A stretch of 64,000 bases of DNA from a virus (taxonomy: Duplodnaviria > Caudoviricetes), in the IMG/VR virus record IMGVR_UViG_3300035703_002708; one strand, given 5' to 3'. This document shows positions 1 to 10,230 of the stretch, in pieces. Position numbers and translations under genes: made by a program. The first letter of the stretch is position 1. Each line of letters starts with the position of its first letter. A model generated the notes under the pieces. That model had not been told where the DNA came from. It saw nothing but the letters and a program-made list of their open reading frames with translations, and made no database searches.

Positions 1-42
1 ATGTAAAAATGGTGGAATAAATGTTAGATATTAATTTTATTG

Positions 43-1671
43 ATGGAAATAGAGATAAATAGAAAATGTGACATGGTTGAACATTTTGGATTATCAACCG
101 TTAACGGACTAAGTGCACAACAACACCACGACGCTTTTGGTGTATTTAGAGATTTTGTAAACGAAGTCAAACCGAAAAGAATATTAGAAATAGGAACAGC
201 ATTAGGCGGTTTCATAGAATTTATACACAGATGTACTGTCGAATCGGATTTAGGTACTGAAATATGGAGTTATGACATCCATAATGTTAGTTGGTACAGT
301 GAACTCAATCGAAAGGGAATTCGGGTTAGAGTTGAAGATATATTTTCTAATGATTACTCAGCAGTTAAACAGGAAGTAATAGATTTCATCAAATCTGAAG
401 GTGTCACGATAATAATGTGTGATGGTGGAAACAAAAAAAAGGAATTCGCTATATTATCTAACTACTTAAAAGATGGTGATTTCATATTAGCCCATGATTA
501 TTGCGAAAATTCTGAAATTTTTCAAGAAAAAATAAATGGAAAAATTTGGAATTGGTGTGAAATATCAAATGACGATATTATCGACTCATGTAAACAAAAT
601 AATCTAAATTATTTTAAGAAAGAAATATTCGAATCGGTTGTATGGACATGCAGGGTAAAAGATAGGGCTAAACTAATATCCACAGTTAATACAACAAAGA
701 ATTATATCAAACCTATAAAAAGAAAAAAATTAATCATCCATCAACCGACAAACTTTTACAGTAAAAAAATAAGATATCACAGTATTTTTTGGGATGATTT
801 GATATCAGAACTATCAATAAGGCATGATGTCATAGTCGACAGATATCACAAGGATTGTCATAAAGGAATTGGTAATGTAAAGTTGGAGTTAGACGTAAAC
901 GATTCACCGTCTACTTTGAATGTTTTGGAATGTGAAATGATAATTGAGGATTATGAGACAGGTGAAACTAAGATTTTAAGTTGTGCTGACGATTTAACTC
1001 AAGCGGTCCTCAACCTTAAAGAAAATGATAAGGTAACTGAAATTTTTTATTCGCAGTTTATTCCCCAAAAAATATCATCCCACGTTGGGGAACAATTCAT
1101 TGACAAATACAAACCTTGGATTTATTTCCCATTCAATAAATTCGACTTAGATTTTTTCTATCAAAAAAGAAAAAATTTTGGTAAAAACTTAGTTGATAAA
1201 ATGTTTTTCAGCGGCGATTTAGGTTCTAGACCTTTTGTTAAAAATTTCGAAAAAAAATATTTAGACCATTATGGGTATTTAGGTCAATTTGAAACCTATG
1301 CAAACAGTTTGATAACCTATAAGGTCGCACTTTCTGTTGCGGGTAGAGGGGAGTTATGTTATAGAGATGTTGAGTGTATGGCAATGGGAGTTCCATTTAT
1401 AAGATTCGAATACTTCTCAAAATTGAATCCTAACCTAATTCCGAATTACCATTATATATCGGTTGATAGACCTGATAATTTTGACTCTTGGACCAAACTT
1501 GATAGGTTGGGCGAAAAAGAACAGGCGGACTTATTGATAAAAAGATTCTTGGAGGTTAAAGATGACCACGAATTTTTGAAATATATAAGTGACAATGCAA
1601 AAAAATATTACGAAGATTATTTGAGTCCCGAAAACTCAGTAAAACACACAATAAATTTATTAGGTCTTTAA
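43..1671 (+). CDS. SAM-dependent methyltransferase (CmcI/Methyltransf_24-like) fused to a C-terminal GT-B-type glycosyltransferase-like domain
   Basis: N-terminal PKRILEIGTALGG (SAM motif I), IIMCDGG and FILAHDY. C-terminal KVALSVAGRGELCYRDVECMAMGVP resembles the nucleotide-sugar-binding segment of GT-B enzymes. ATG at 43 (track starts at TTG 40). Confidence 0.65.
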   Translation: MEIEINRKCDMVEHFGLSTVNGLSAQQHHDAFGVFRDFVNEVKPKRILEIGTALGGFIEFIHRCTVESDLGTEIWSYDIHNVSWYSELNRKGIRVRVEDIFSNDYSAVKQEVIDFIKSEGVTIIMCDGGNKKKEFAILSNYLKDGDFILAHDYCENSEIFQEKINGKIWNWCEISNDDIIDSCKQNNLNYFKKEIFESVVWTCRVKDRAKLISTVNTTKNYIKPIKRKKLIIHQPTNFYSKKIRYHSIFWDDLISELSIRHDVIVDRYHKDCHKGIGNVKLELDVNDSPSTLNVLECEMIIEDYETGETKILSCADDLTQAVLNLKENDKVTEIFYSQFIPQKISSHVGEQFIDKYKPWIYFPFNKFDLDFFYQKRKNFGKNLVDKMFFSGDLGSRPFVKNFEKKYLDHYGYLGQFETYANSLITYKVALSVAGRGELCYRDVECMAMGVPFIRFEYFSKLNPNLIPNYHYISVDRPDNFDSWTKLDRLGEKEQADLLIKRFLEVKDDHEFLKYISDNAKKYYEDYLSPENSVKHTINLLGL

Positions 1672-1674
1672 AAA

Positions 1675-4044
1675 ATGCCATTCAGTACAAACTACTTCAA
1701 AGAACAAACAAAACTTTACATTAACGAAAACTTCCCGAAAGAATCCAAAATTTTGGATGTAGGGGCGGGTTCAGCGACCTATTACAACATGCTGTCACCT
1801 TTAGGATATACCAATATAGATTGTGTAGAAATTTTTGAAAAGTACATAAAGGATTATGAACTTGAAAAAAAATATAACCAAGTATTTAACGGCAACATTT
1901 GTGAATTGGATATAGATTTCACAAAATATGACCTAATAATATTAGGTGACGTATTGGAACACATAGACAAAAAAAGTGCAAAAAAACTAATCCAAAAAAT
2001 CGGTGATGTGGCAACTATAATTGGTGTACCATTCGAATCTGAGCAAGGAGAGCATTATGGTAATATTTATGAAACACACTTACAGGCTGATTTGACATTG
2101 GATATTTTCTTAGAAAGATACGACGAATATCAACCACTTTGTTTGAGATTCGATTATGGTATTTTTGTAAATAAAAAAGTCGATATAATTTTTATTGAGA
2201 CCGGTGAAAAAGAACTACCTGAAAAATTTCAGAAAAAAGTAAAATCAGAATTTTCAGAAAAAAAAGTAGTAAATGTTGCAGAAATAACTGTCGAACAACC
2301 AGTAACAGAAAAAAAAAGTAGTGACACAACAATTGTAACAGGTTTGTGGAATTTAGGAAGGGACAAAATATCACAGTCATTTAACAGAAGATATGATGAA
2401 TATCTAACTAGTTTTTCTAAACTTTTGGAATCTGATGCTAACATGTATATATTTTGTGACCCATCCGACGAAGAATTCATTTGGAAACATAGGAAGAAAG
2501 AAAATACTGTTATTAATAAAATGACTCTTGATGAGTTACTGAAATGGTTCGAATTTACAAACATAACAAACGAAATAAGAACTAAAGAAAGTTGGTTATC
2601 CCAAGCTGGATGGTTAAGAGATTCACCTCAAGCTACTTTGGAGGGATATAACCCCTTAGTAATGAGTAAAATGTTTATGTTGAACAACGTAACAATATGG
2701 AACCCATTCAAGTCGGAATACTTTTTTTGGATTGACGCTGGGATAACAAATACTGTTAATTACGGGTATTTCACTCATGATAAAGTTTTTGATAATTTAC
2801 CCAATTTCATAAACTCCAATGGAGAATTCATGTTTATTTCTTATCCATATATAGGTGGTGGTGAGATTCATGGATTTGAGAGAGAGGCAATTGCTAAATA
2901 CTCAAACACTGACTATGTCGATTATGTGTGTAGAGGAGGATTTTTTGGTGGAATCAAAGAAAAAGTGAACGAAATTAATGGAAAATATTATTACTACCTG
3001 TCTAAAACCTTGAATGATGGATTCATGGGTACAGAGGAAAGTGTGTTTACCATAATTTCGAACTTGGAAAAAGATATTTACAGATTTGTAATTGAGGATA
3101 ACGGACTTATTTGGCCTTTTTTCGAAGAATTGAAAAATTATAAAAACCTGAAACCAAAACCAATAAAGGAATTTAATCCGAATTCGTTAATTGATAAAAT
3201 AAGTGAAAATACAAAACAAGAAAAAAATAAAAATCCTGAAGAAATTGCTTTATATGTAATTGGGTTCAATTCCCCAAATCAGTTCAAAACCTTGATTCAT
3301 TCTATGGTTTTTTATGACAAAGATTTTTTAGAAAAACCAAAGAAATATTTATTGGATAACTCAACAGACCTTTCTACAACAGAAGAGTACCAACATCTTT
3401 GTAGTGTTTATGGTTTCGAGCACATTAAAAAAGATAATATTGGTATAACCGGCGGAAGACAATGGATTGCGGAACATTTCGAGGCAAGCGGACACAAGTA
3501 TTATATGTTTTTTGAAGACGATATGTTTTTTTCTTCAGATAGGATTGGAGTGTGTAGAAACGGTTTCAACAGATATGTTCCAAATTTACTCTCAAAACTT
3601 TTAAAAATAATGAAATCCGAAAGATTCCATTATCTAAAATTCAACTTTTCTGAATTTTTTGGTGACAACGGTACTCAGTGGTCTTGGTATAACGTACCTC
3701 AAGTTGTCAGAGAAAAAGAATTTCCTGAAAAAACAAAATTACCTCAACAAGGATTAGACCCCGAGGCGCCAAGGACTATATTTAAGAATATAAAAAGTGT
3801 TGAAGGATTGTCTTATATTACAGGTGATGTGTACTATTCTAATTGGCCTCAGATTATGTCAAAAGAAGGAAATAGAAAATGTTTCATTGATACAAAGTTT
3901 CAGTTTCCTTACGAACAAACAATAATGTCATTTATTTTTCAAGAAACTAGAAAAGGAAATATCAAACCCGCACTATTGTTACTGACACCAACTGAACATA
4001 ATAGGTTTGACCACTATGACGCATCTTTGAGAAAAGAGTGTTAA
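1675..4044 (+). CDS. Three-domain protein: SAM methyltransferase + HtrL/YibB(WlaTC)-like domain + GT-A glycosyltransferase
   Basis: ILDVGAGSATY ... DLIILGDVLEH (class I MTase). TTIVTGLWNLGR ... SKMFML ... NPFKSEYFFWIDAG (HtrL-like). ALYVIGFNSP ... YLLDNST ... NIGITGGRQ ... YMFFEDDMF (GT-A with DxD-type EDD). Confidence 0.7.
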   Translation: MPFSTNYFKEQTKLYINENFPKESKILDVGAGSATYYNMLSPLGYTNIDCVEIFEKYIKDYELEKKYNQVFNGNICELDIDFTKYDLIILGDVLEHIDKKSAKKLIQKIGDVATIIGVPFESEQGEHYGNIYETHLQADLTLDIFLERYDEYQPLCLRFDYGIFVNKKVDIIFIETGEKELPEKFQKKVKSEFSEKKVVNVAEITVEQPVTEKKSSDTTIVTGLWNLGRDKISQSFNRRYDEYLTSFSKLLESDANMYIFCDPSDEEFIWKHRKKENTVINKMTLDELLKWFEFTNITNEIRTKESWLSQAGWLRDSPQATLEGYNPLVMSKMFMLNNVTIWNPFKSEYFFWIDAGITNTVNYGYFTHDKVFDNLPNFINSNGEFMFISYPYIGGGEIHGFEREAIAKYSNTDYVDYVCRGGFFGGIKEKVNEINGKYYYYLSKTLNDGFMGTEESVFTIISNLEKDIYRFVIEDNGLIWPFFEELKNYKNLKPKPIKEFNPNSLIDKISENTKQEKNKNPEEIALYVIGFNSPNQFKTLIHSMVFYDKDFLEKPKKYLLDNSTDLSTTEEYQHLCSVYGFEHIKKDNIGITGGRQWIAEHFEASGHKYYMFFEDDMFFSSDRIGVCRNGFNRYVPNLLSKLLKIMKSERFHYLKFNFSEFFGDNGTQWSWYNVPQVVREKEFPEKTKLPQQGLDPEAPRTIFKNIKSVEGLSYITGDVYYSNWPQIMSKEGNRKCFIDTKFQFPYEQTIMSFIFQETRKGNIKPALLLLTPTEHNRFDHYDASLRKEC

Positions 4045-4052
4045 TATGATTT

Positions 4053-4077
4053 AATGGGGGAATTTTCCCCCATTTTT
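4053..4077 (+). terminator. Intrinsic terminator
   Basis: aatggggg-aatttt-cccccatt stem followed by T-run, just after the stop of 1675..4044. Confidence 0.8.
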
Positions 4078-4100
4078 ACTATCTCATATATTTATTATGT

Positions 4101-7100
4101 ATGGAATTTAATATAAAGAAAAATGGAACATTACCACTACTAAAAATGCAAGTGGTAGATGACGGAAGAGGTGAATTTGATTCATTTATGAGTTTTATTG
4201 AAACCTCATCTTTATATTTTTCCATGATGGATGTTGAAACGGGTTCATATAAAATACATTTGGACCCTGCAGGATTTGTAGAAAAAACTCAAATCGACCC
4301 AAATGCCAAAACAGAATACTACATATATTATAAGTTTCCAAAAAAGTACACCAACAAAGTTGGAAGATATGAGGGTGAGTTCGTTCTAAAAAACACAGAT
4401 GGGACACTTGTATTACCAATAAGAGAAAAACTTTACATTAATATTCAAGAAAGTTATGGTATTGAAGATGCTGACGAATTAATCAACTTAAGTTTAAGTT
4501 CGGTAATCACTTCTGGGTCAACAATACTTAATTATGTATTAACATCTGATAAGCCTGTCAAGTATGTCACCACAGTAAACTTTACACATACCTTACAAAC
4601 ATTTACAGGTGACAGTATCGTTATAACAACAGGAGTAACAATCAATCGTGGTGAAAAAGCAGGTGCGGTAACAATCACACTTCCTGACGTTGATTACTTT
4701 AATCTAACTCAAGAAACTAGTTTCTCAAATATAAAAGTATTCCCAATAGGTTTGAGGTCTTACACAAACATCACAGAAAAAGTTGTGTTTGTTTTACCAC
4801 CTTCTCAAAATATAACGGATGCGATTTTAACAGGGGTTCAAGACGAATACATTTCAGTTGGTAACAATTTCTACTTACAATTTATTGACCCAATTATTAT
4901 TGAAGACGCAATCCTTGCCGACCCTGAAAACTATATTAAAGTTGGTGAGGGTGTTTATTTAAGATTTATTGATACACCATCAGTTACCCTGACACCAACA
5001 CAAACTCCTACTCAAACACCAACACTTACTCCAACACCGACAGAAACAACCACACCAACTCCGACTGTTACACCAAGTGAAACACCGGTACCATTAGTTC
5101 CTCTCACACTTTATATTCAACCATTAAGTGGAGGTCAAGCAATTATTTTTGATGGTGTTACTTATACTTCAGAAACAACTGTAAATATTGTTAAAAGCAC
5201 ACCTTATAATATTGAAGCAGTTCCTACACCTGGTTTTGAGTTTGTTGGTTGGAATATATTCGGTGGTTCATTTTCATCTACAGGTCAATCAACGACAGTT
5301 TCGGTATCATTAGATTCGGGGGCTAATCTTGCACCATCATACGCAGTTGACCCCAATTTTGACGCTTTAGAGTACCAGTTGACAACAAGTTTATCAAGTT
5401 ACCAAAATGCAACAGACAACGATTGGGTTATAATTACTCAAGAAGAATATAATAATATATTCGGTAATGTTGACGGTGTTGTCAAAATTGGTAACAGTGA
5501 TGAACAAGTTAATACAAGGGATGTTGCAACAGGATATGATACAACAACTTTTGGTACAATAGATGCTAATACACCTCTTACAATCCCATCAGGATATTAT
5601 GTTGTAGGTTTTGTTGCCGAGTCTTGGAACCAAAACGGACAAGTCCAATTAGGATATACAACCACGTTCCATGAGGGGACTCCAACCTATATGGGTAATA
5701 GTCCGAATGTAATTGGTGGTATGACAATGTTTTACGTAAGGAAAAGACCATCAAATGTTGAAGGAGCGCCAGCATCTACCAATTTGTATCCTGTATTGAA
5801 TTTCTTACCGCCAGCATATCCAAACGCAGTTTTTAACACTTTCGGATGGTACACACTTGATAATGGTGCAAATTGGGCAGAAACGGTTTCGGCATTCCAA
5901 ACCGCTAAAATACAAATATTACTAACTAATATTAAGTCATGGCCATCGGCACCTCTACCAAGTCAAACGCCAACAATAACACCTACACAAACGCCGACTA
6001 AGACATTAACGCCAACAAATACTCAGACACCAACAATAACGCCAACAATAACCCCGACACCTAATTATATTCCATTTATATCTAAGTGGAATGTAAGTTC
6101 TTCTTTGGAGTTACCATATAGTCCCACAGGATTTTATAACGGTACGATAGATTGGGGTGACGGTAATATTTCTGCCAACACCTATGAAAATAGAACACAC
6201 ACATATGACTCACCTGGCGAATATACAGTTACAATTACAGGTAGAATAGAAGGTTGGGATTTTAGATATTTTGGAATAAGTAGTTCTTTGTTATTGACCG
6301 AAGTTATACAGTTCGGTACGATAAGAGGTGAAAATAACACATTTGATGGGATGTTCTATAACTGTTATTCACTTAATATGAACAACTGTGTTGATACACC
6401 TGACTTAGGAGGTATAACATCAACAACATATATGTTTTACTTCTGTCTTGCGATGGATAATATCTCAAATATTAATTCTTGGAATGTCTCGAGTGTAAAA
6501 GATATGTCATTTATGTTTAGAGATTGTCAAACTTTTAACTCAAACATATCAAACTGGAACGTTTCTAATTTACTAAACGCTACAGCAATGTTCCAATATT
6601 GTTGGGCGTTCAATCAAAACATATCAACATGGAATGTGTCTAAAATTACTAGAGTCAATATGGTACAAATGCTCCAAGGTGCTACGTCCTTCAATCAAGA
6701 TTTAAGTTCTTGGTGTGTTCCTTTAATTTCATCAAAACCGCCGCTATTTGATTCAAATACACCGCAATGGGTGTTACCTAAACCAATATGGGGCACATGT
6801 CCAGCACCAACACCCACACCAACACCAACACAAACGGTTACCCCATCCCAAACTCCAATTGTTGGTCCTTTACCTTTTGTTAGTAGATGGACTGCTAATC
6901 CAACTATTGAACTTCCTTTATCACCCACAGGGATTTACTCAGGAACAATAGATTGGGGTGACGGAAATATATCAGATTTAATCTATGACAATAGAGAACA
7001 CACGTATGCCTTCTCAGGTGATTATACCGTAACAATCACAGGACAAATCGAAGGGTGGGACTTTTTAAATTACGCTTACACATACAGACCAAACATTAAG

Positions 7101-7913
7101 GAAATTATGCAGTGGGGAACCTTAAGAGGTGAAGGTAATTCTAATGCTAATTTATTAACAGGTTGTAACAATTTAATTCTTACAGGAGTTACCGATACCC
7201 CAAATTTATCAGGTATAACGTCACTTAATAATATGTTTTCTTTTTGTTCATCTATTTCAACTATATCAAACATGAATAGTTGGGATGTTTCTTGGGTTGA
7301 TGACATGTCAGAAATGTTCTCATATGCAACACTATTCAATCAAAATATAGGAAGTTGGGATGTTTCTAATGTAACTAATATGTCGGGTATGTTTGGTAAC
7401 ACAACTCAATTTAATCAAAACATTGGAAATTGGGATGTCTCAAGTGTTACAAATATGTCTAATATGTTCAATAGTACAAATGTATTTGACCAAAATATCA
7501 GTAATTGGAATGTATCGGGTGCTACAAATATGGACAATATGTTCTTTGGTGCTTTTGTATTCAATCAGGATTTGAGTACTTGGTGCTTACCTCTGATACC
7601 ATCAGAACCAACAGGATTTTCCACAGGTGCAAGTTCGTGGTCGTTACCACAACCATTATGGGGTGGTAGAACAATCTATGTCAATTCATTATGGAATGGT
7701 GCTACCACAATAAATTCAAATTTTTTACAACTTACGCAAACACCTGACACTTTACTCATTAGAGTTAACGACACAATTACTGATGATTTGGATGCAACAT
7801 CAGTTGTTGGTCTTGTAACTTCGGATGGAACTTACACCTACGTAGGCACAGGACCTGGTGGAACTATCGCATTTGATTGTCAATTCCCACTTACATTTAC
7901 GGGACCTTGTTAA
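4101..7913 (+). CDS. Modular fibre/adhesin: BppU-like N-terminal anchor, Thr/Pro linkers, two PKD + BspA(DUF285)-type repeat units
   Basis: N-terminus paralogous to 10231..11058; three (TP)n linkers; two IDWGDG...HTY...G.YTVTITG PKD motifs, each followed by repeats of type WDVSNVTNMSGMF/FNQNIGNWDVS. Confidence 0.75.
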   Translation: MEFNIKKNGTLPLLKMQVVDDGRGEFDSFMSFIETSSLYFSMMDVETGSYKIHLDPAGFVEKTQIDPNAKTEYYIYYKFPKKYTNKVGRYEGEFVLKNTDGTLVLPIREKLYINIQESYGIEDADELINLSLSSVITSGSTILNYVLTSDKPVKYVTTVNFTHTLQTFTGDSIVITTGVTINRGEKAGAVTITLPDVDYFNLTQETSFSNIKVFPIGLRSYTNITEKVVFVLPPSQNITDAILTGVQDEYISVGNNFYLQFIDPIIIEDAILADPENYIKVGEGVYLRFIDTPSVTLTPTQTPTQTPTLTPTPTETTTPTPTVTPSETPVPLVPLTLYIQPLSGGQAIIFDGVTYTSETTVNIVKSTPYNIEAVPTPGFEFVGWNIFGGSFSSTGQSTTVSVSLDSGANLAPSYAVDPNFDALEYQLTTSLSSYQNATDNDWVIITQEEYNNIFGNVDGVVKIGNSDEQVNTRDVATGYDTTTFGTIDANTPLTIPSGYYVVGFVAESWNQNGQVQLGYTTTFHEGTPTYMGNSPNVIGGMTMFYVRKRPSNVEGAPASTNLYPVLNFLPPAYPNAVFNTFGWYTLDNGANWAETVSAFQTAKIQILLTNIKSWPSAPLPSQTPTITPTQTPTKTLTPTNTQTPTITPTITPTPNYIPFISKWNVSSSLELPYSPTGFYNGTIDWGDGNISANTYENRTHTYDSPGEYTVTITGRIEGWDFRYFGISSSLLLTEVIQFGTIRGENNTFDGMFYNCYSLNMNNCVDTPDLGGITSTTYMFYFCLAMDNISNINSWNVSSVKDMSFMFRDCQTFNSNISNWNVSNLLNATAMFQYCWAFNQNISTWNVSKITRVNMVQMLQGATSFNQDLSSWCVPLISSKPPLFDSNTPQWVLPKPIWGTCPAPTPTPTPTQTVTPSQTPIVGPLPFVSRWTANPTIELPLSPTGIYSGTIDWGDGNISDLIYDNREHTYAFSGDYTVTITGQIEGWDFLNYAYTYRPNIKEIMQWGTLRGEGNSNANLLTGCNNLILTGVTDTPNLSGITSLNNMFSFCSSISTISNMNSWDVSWVDDMSEMFSYATLFNQNIGSWDVSNVTNMSGMFGNTTQFNQNIGNWDVSSVTNMSNMFNSTNVFDQNISNWNVSGATNMDNMFFGAFVFNQDLSTWCLPLIPSEPTGFSTGASSWSLPQPLWGGRTIYVNSLWNGATTINSNFLQLTQTPDTLLIRVNDTITDDLDATSVVGLVTSDGTYTYVGTGPGGTIAFDCQFPLTFTGPC
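4975..5090 (+). repeat. Thr/Pro-rich linker repeat (TPSVTLTPTQTPTQTPTLTPTPTETTTPTPTVTPSETP)
   Basis: Translated repeat with diverged codons; similar tracts near 5960-6063 and 6803-6860. Confidence 0.9.
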
Positions 7914-7982
7914 TTTCTATATAATTTGATTTTCTAAATCAAAATAGAAAATTAAAAGTATTTATATAGAAAATTAAAAACG

Positions 7983-10220
7983 ATGCTAACAGGAAAAACC
8001 ATTGGTCAACTAACATTTTTAGAAACACCGACATCAGATACTTTGATACCCGTAGAATTAAACGGAGAAACTTACCACATGGCATATTCTGCCATTACCA
8101 CAAATGAAGTCGATGTATTTGTTACAGGGGGAACATTTAATAATAACACATTAACTTTCACAAATAATACCGGCGGAACATTCACAGTTACCGGTCTTAC
8201 CTCAGGTGGCGCTGGCGGCGGAATTGTTGAAACTACATACTCAGAACTTGTTAATTCTATAACAGGAGAAACATTATCAGCAGGGACTTATTACCTTATA
8301 AGTGATTTCAAAACCTGTTATGACCAACCTGACTTTGATTATAATGGTAGTGAAATCACATCAGGTAATTATAAAGACGATACGGAAGTTCAACCAATTA
8401 TTGTATTGGCGATAAGTTCAAACACAATTAGTGATAATGCTTTCCAACCGGCATACCCAAACGATAAAATCAAATATGATTGGACATTTAATCAAACAGA
8501 AGTGACAAATGGTCCCGCTTTCGGTAGGATTACCGAAAGAATTGACGAGTTTAATAACAGAACGGATTATGACCATAGGCAAATAAAGTTCAAAAGATAT
8601 AGATATTGGGAAATAGAATTTAGTAATCCTTATAATGGAACGGTTCAAGTTAATACCACATCTCAAACTGAAATGACAGTCTTAGGTACAAATACGAATT
8701 TTTTAAGTTTGGGAGTTGGTACCAAGGTAGGCTTCGATAACACTAATTATAAAGTATTTGAAATAACAAATATAGTTGACGACTTTGAAATGACAGTTAC
8801 AGGATTGACCTCTCAAGGGGCTGGTCCTAACATAAGAATGTATAGTGCAAATTGGAGTGAATATAGTAGTTATCGTCAAAACAACATAGAAACCACAGAG
8901 TTTTCAGAATACTATACATTCGATTTGGGAAATAATCCTAATTTTAATAATTACATAGGAAATTTCTCTAACTTAAAAAATTCTGACAATAATCCATTCC
9001 TATTGGCAAATAATGTTTTCAGATTCGCATTTGTTAACAACAAATTTGGTGATGCTTGTTACAACAACTCCTTTTTTGATGATTGTGAAAATAATAATAT
9101 AGGAAACTATTTTTATAGTAATATAACTGATGATGATTTTGACGGCAATCTTATCGGAAATTATTTTAATAACAATAGAATAACTTCAAATTTCCAACGA
9201 AATAGAATAGGTGAATCTTTTGAGGATAATTATTTAGTTCAAAATGATTTTTATAGAAACAACATTATGAATGATTTCAGAAACAACCAAATCAGTAACG
9301 GTGATTTTCAAAATAACGAAATTGGAAGTCAATTTGCAAATAATAAAATATTTGCACAATTCTATAAAAATGATATAGGTAACGGTTATAATAATAACGA
9401 GCACTACTCAGATGTTTATGGTAATTTAGTTGGTAATGGATTTAATAATAACAATATTTATTGTCAATTTTATGAAAATAAAATTGGTGATATTTTCGAA
9501 GGTAATGATTTAGGTAATGAGAACAACTTTGGTTCATATAGTTTTTATAAAAACGATATTGGTTCTGATTTTAATAACAATGATTGTTTAGGTACCTTTG
9601 CATACAACAGAATCGGTTCACAATTCTATAATAACATTTTAGGGGATGGATTTGGATATGGAGTTAACGCAAGTCAAGGTAATACTATCGGAAATTATTT
9701 TTATGATAATACCATTGGTGAATATTTTTACAACAATACGATTGCCGACGGATTTTTCAATAACAATACATTCGACTTTTTTCAAAACAACAACGTTAAA
9801 ATTCCTTTTCTTAATGGTATTGATTTTACTTTTTATTATGGAAATATTTCAGCATTCACTTATGTTGCAAATGGAAATAGTGCAACAGAAGGTTTATACA
9901 CAAATCTAACAGGTACAACAAATGGGCAGGGTATAACTGCCGCCTTTGATGTTGAGGTTTCAGGTAGTACTGTTATTTCGGTAAATGGGGCTTCTGTCGG
10001 GAAATATTATTCAGTGAACGATACAATAACAATACTCGGTAGTCAAATCGGAGGGGTAAATGGGGTCGATGACGTTGTTATAACAATCACAGGGGTTAGT
10101 TCAACACCAACGGTTTATGAAAGTTATAATTGTGAATTATTCATAAATTCAAATAACACAAATAGACTTTCTTATTATGATGGTTCCGACACATTGATAA
10201 TTAAAAATATTAATGAATAA
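7983..10220 (+). CDS. Tail fibre/spike-like protein with an Asn-rich right-handed beta-helix repeat region
   Basis: Fibre-type N-terminus (VFVTGGTFNNNTLTFTNNTGGTFTVTGL); about 10-11-residue periodic repeats such as NNIGNYFYSN, NLIGNYFNNN, NEIGSQFANN at about 8930-9830. Confidence 0.6.
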   Translation: MLTGKTIGQLTFLETPTSDTLIPVELNGETYHMAYSAITTNEVDVFVTGGTFNNNTLTFTNNTGGTFTVTGLTSGGAGGGIVETTYSELVNSITGETLSAGTYYLISDFKTCYDQPDFDYNGSEITSGNYKDDTEVQPIIVLAISSNTISDNAFQPAYPNDKIKYDWTFNQTEVTNGPAFGRITERIDEFNNRTDYDHRQIKFKRYRYWEIEFSNPYNGTVQVNTTSQTEMTVLGTNTNFLSLGVGTKVGFDNTNYKVFEITNIVDDFEMTVTGLTSQGAGPNIRMYSANWSEYSSYRQNNIETTEFSEYYTFDLGNNPNFNNYIGNFSNLKNSDNNPFLLANNVFRFAFVNNKFGDACYNNSFFDDCENNNIGNYFYSNITDDDFDGNLIGNYFNNNRITSNFQRNRIGESFEDNYLVQNDFYRNNIMNDFRNNQISNGDFQNNEIGSQFANNKIFAQFYKNDIGNGYNNNEHYSDVYGNLVGNGFNNNNIYCQFYENKIGDIFEGNDLGNENNFGSYSFYKNDIGSDFNNNDCLGTFAYNRIGSQFYNNILGDGFGYGVNASQGNTIGNYFYDNTIGEYFYNNTIADGFFNNNTFDFFQNNNVKIPFLNGIDFTFYYGNISAFTYVANGNSATEGLYTNLTGTTNGQGITAAFDVEVSGSTVISVNGASVGKYYSVNDTITILGSQIGGVNGVDDVVITITGVSSTPTVYESYNCELFINSNNTNRLSYYDGSDTLIIKNINE

Positions 10221-10230
10221 AAAATAAAAT

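Noticed and set aside
7914-7955. AT-only inverted repeat after the adhesin gene (also ctatttta-t-taaaatag near 53928)
   Set aside because: AT-only stems are weak and expected by chance in this composition; there is not enough support for a terminator or operator call.
8930-9830. AAC/AAT-rich repeats as a diversity-generating retroelement template or variable region
   Set aside because: No reverse transcriptase in the window and no near-identical TR/VR pair differing at adenines; the repeats are explained by a beta-helix Asn ladder.
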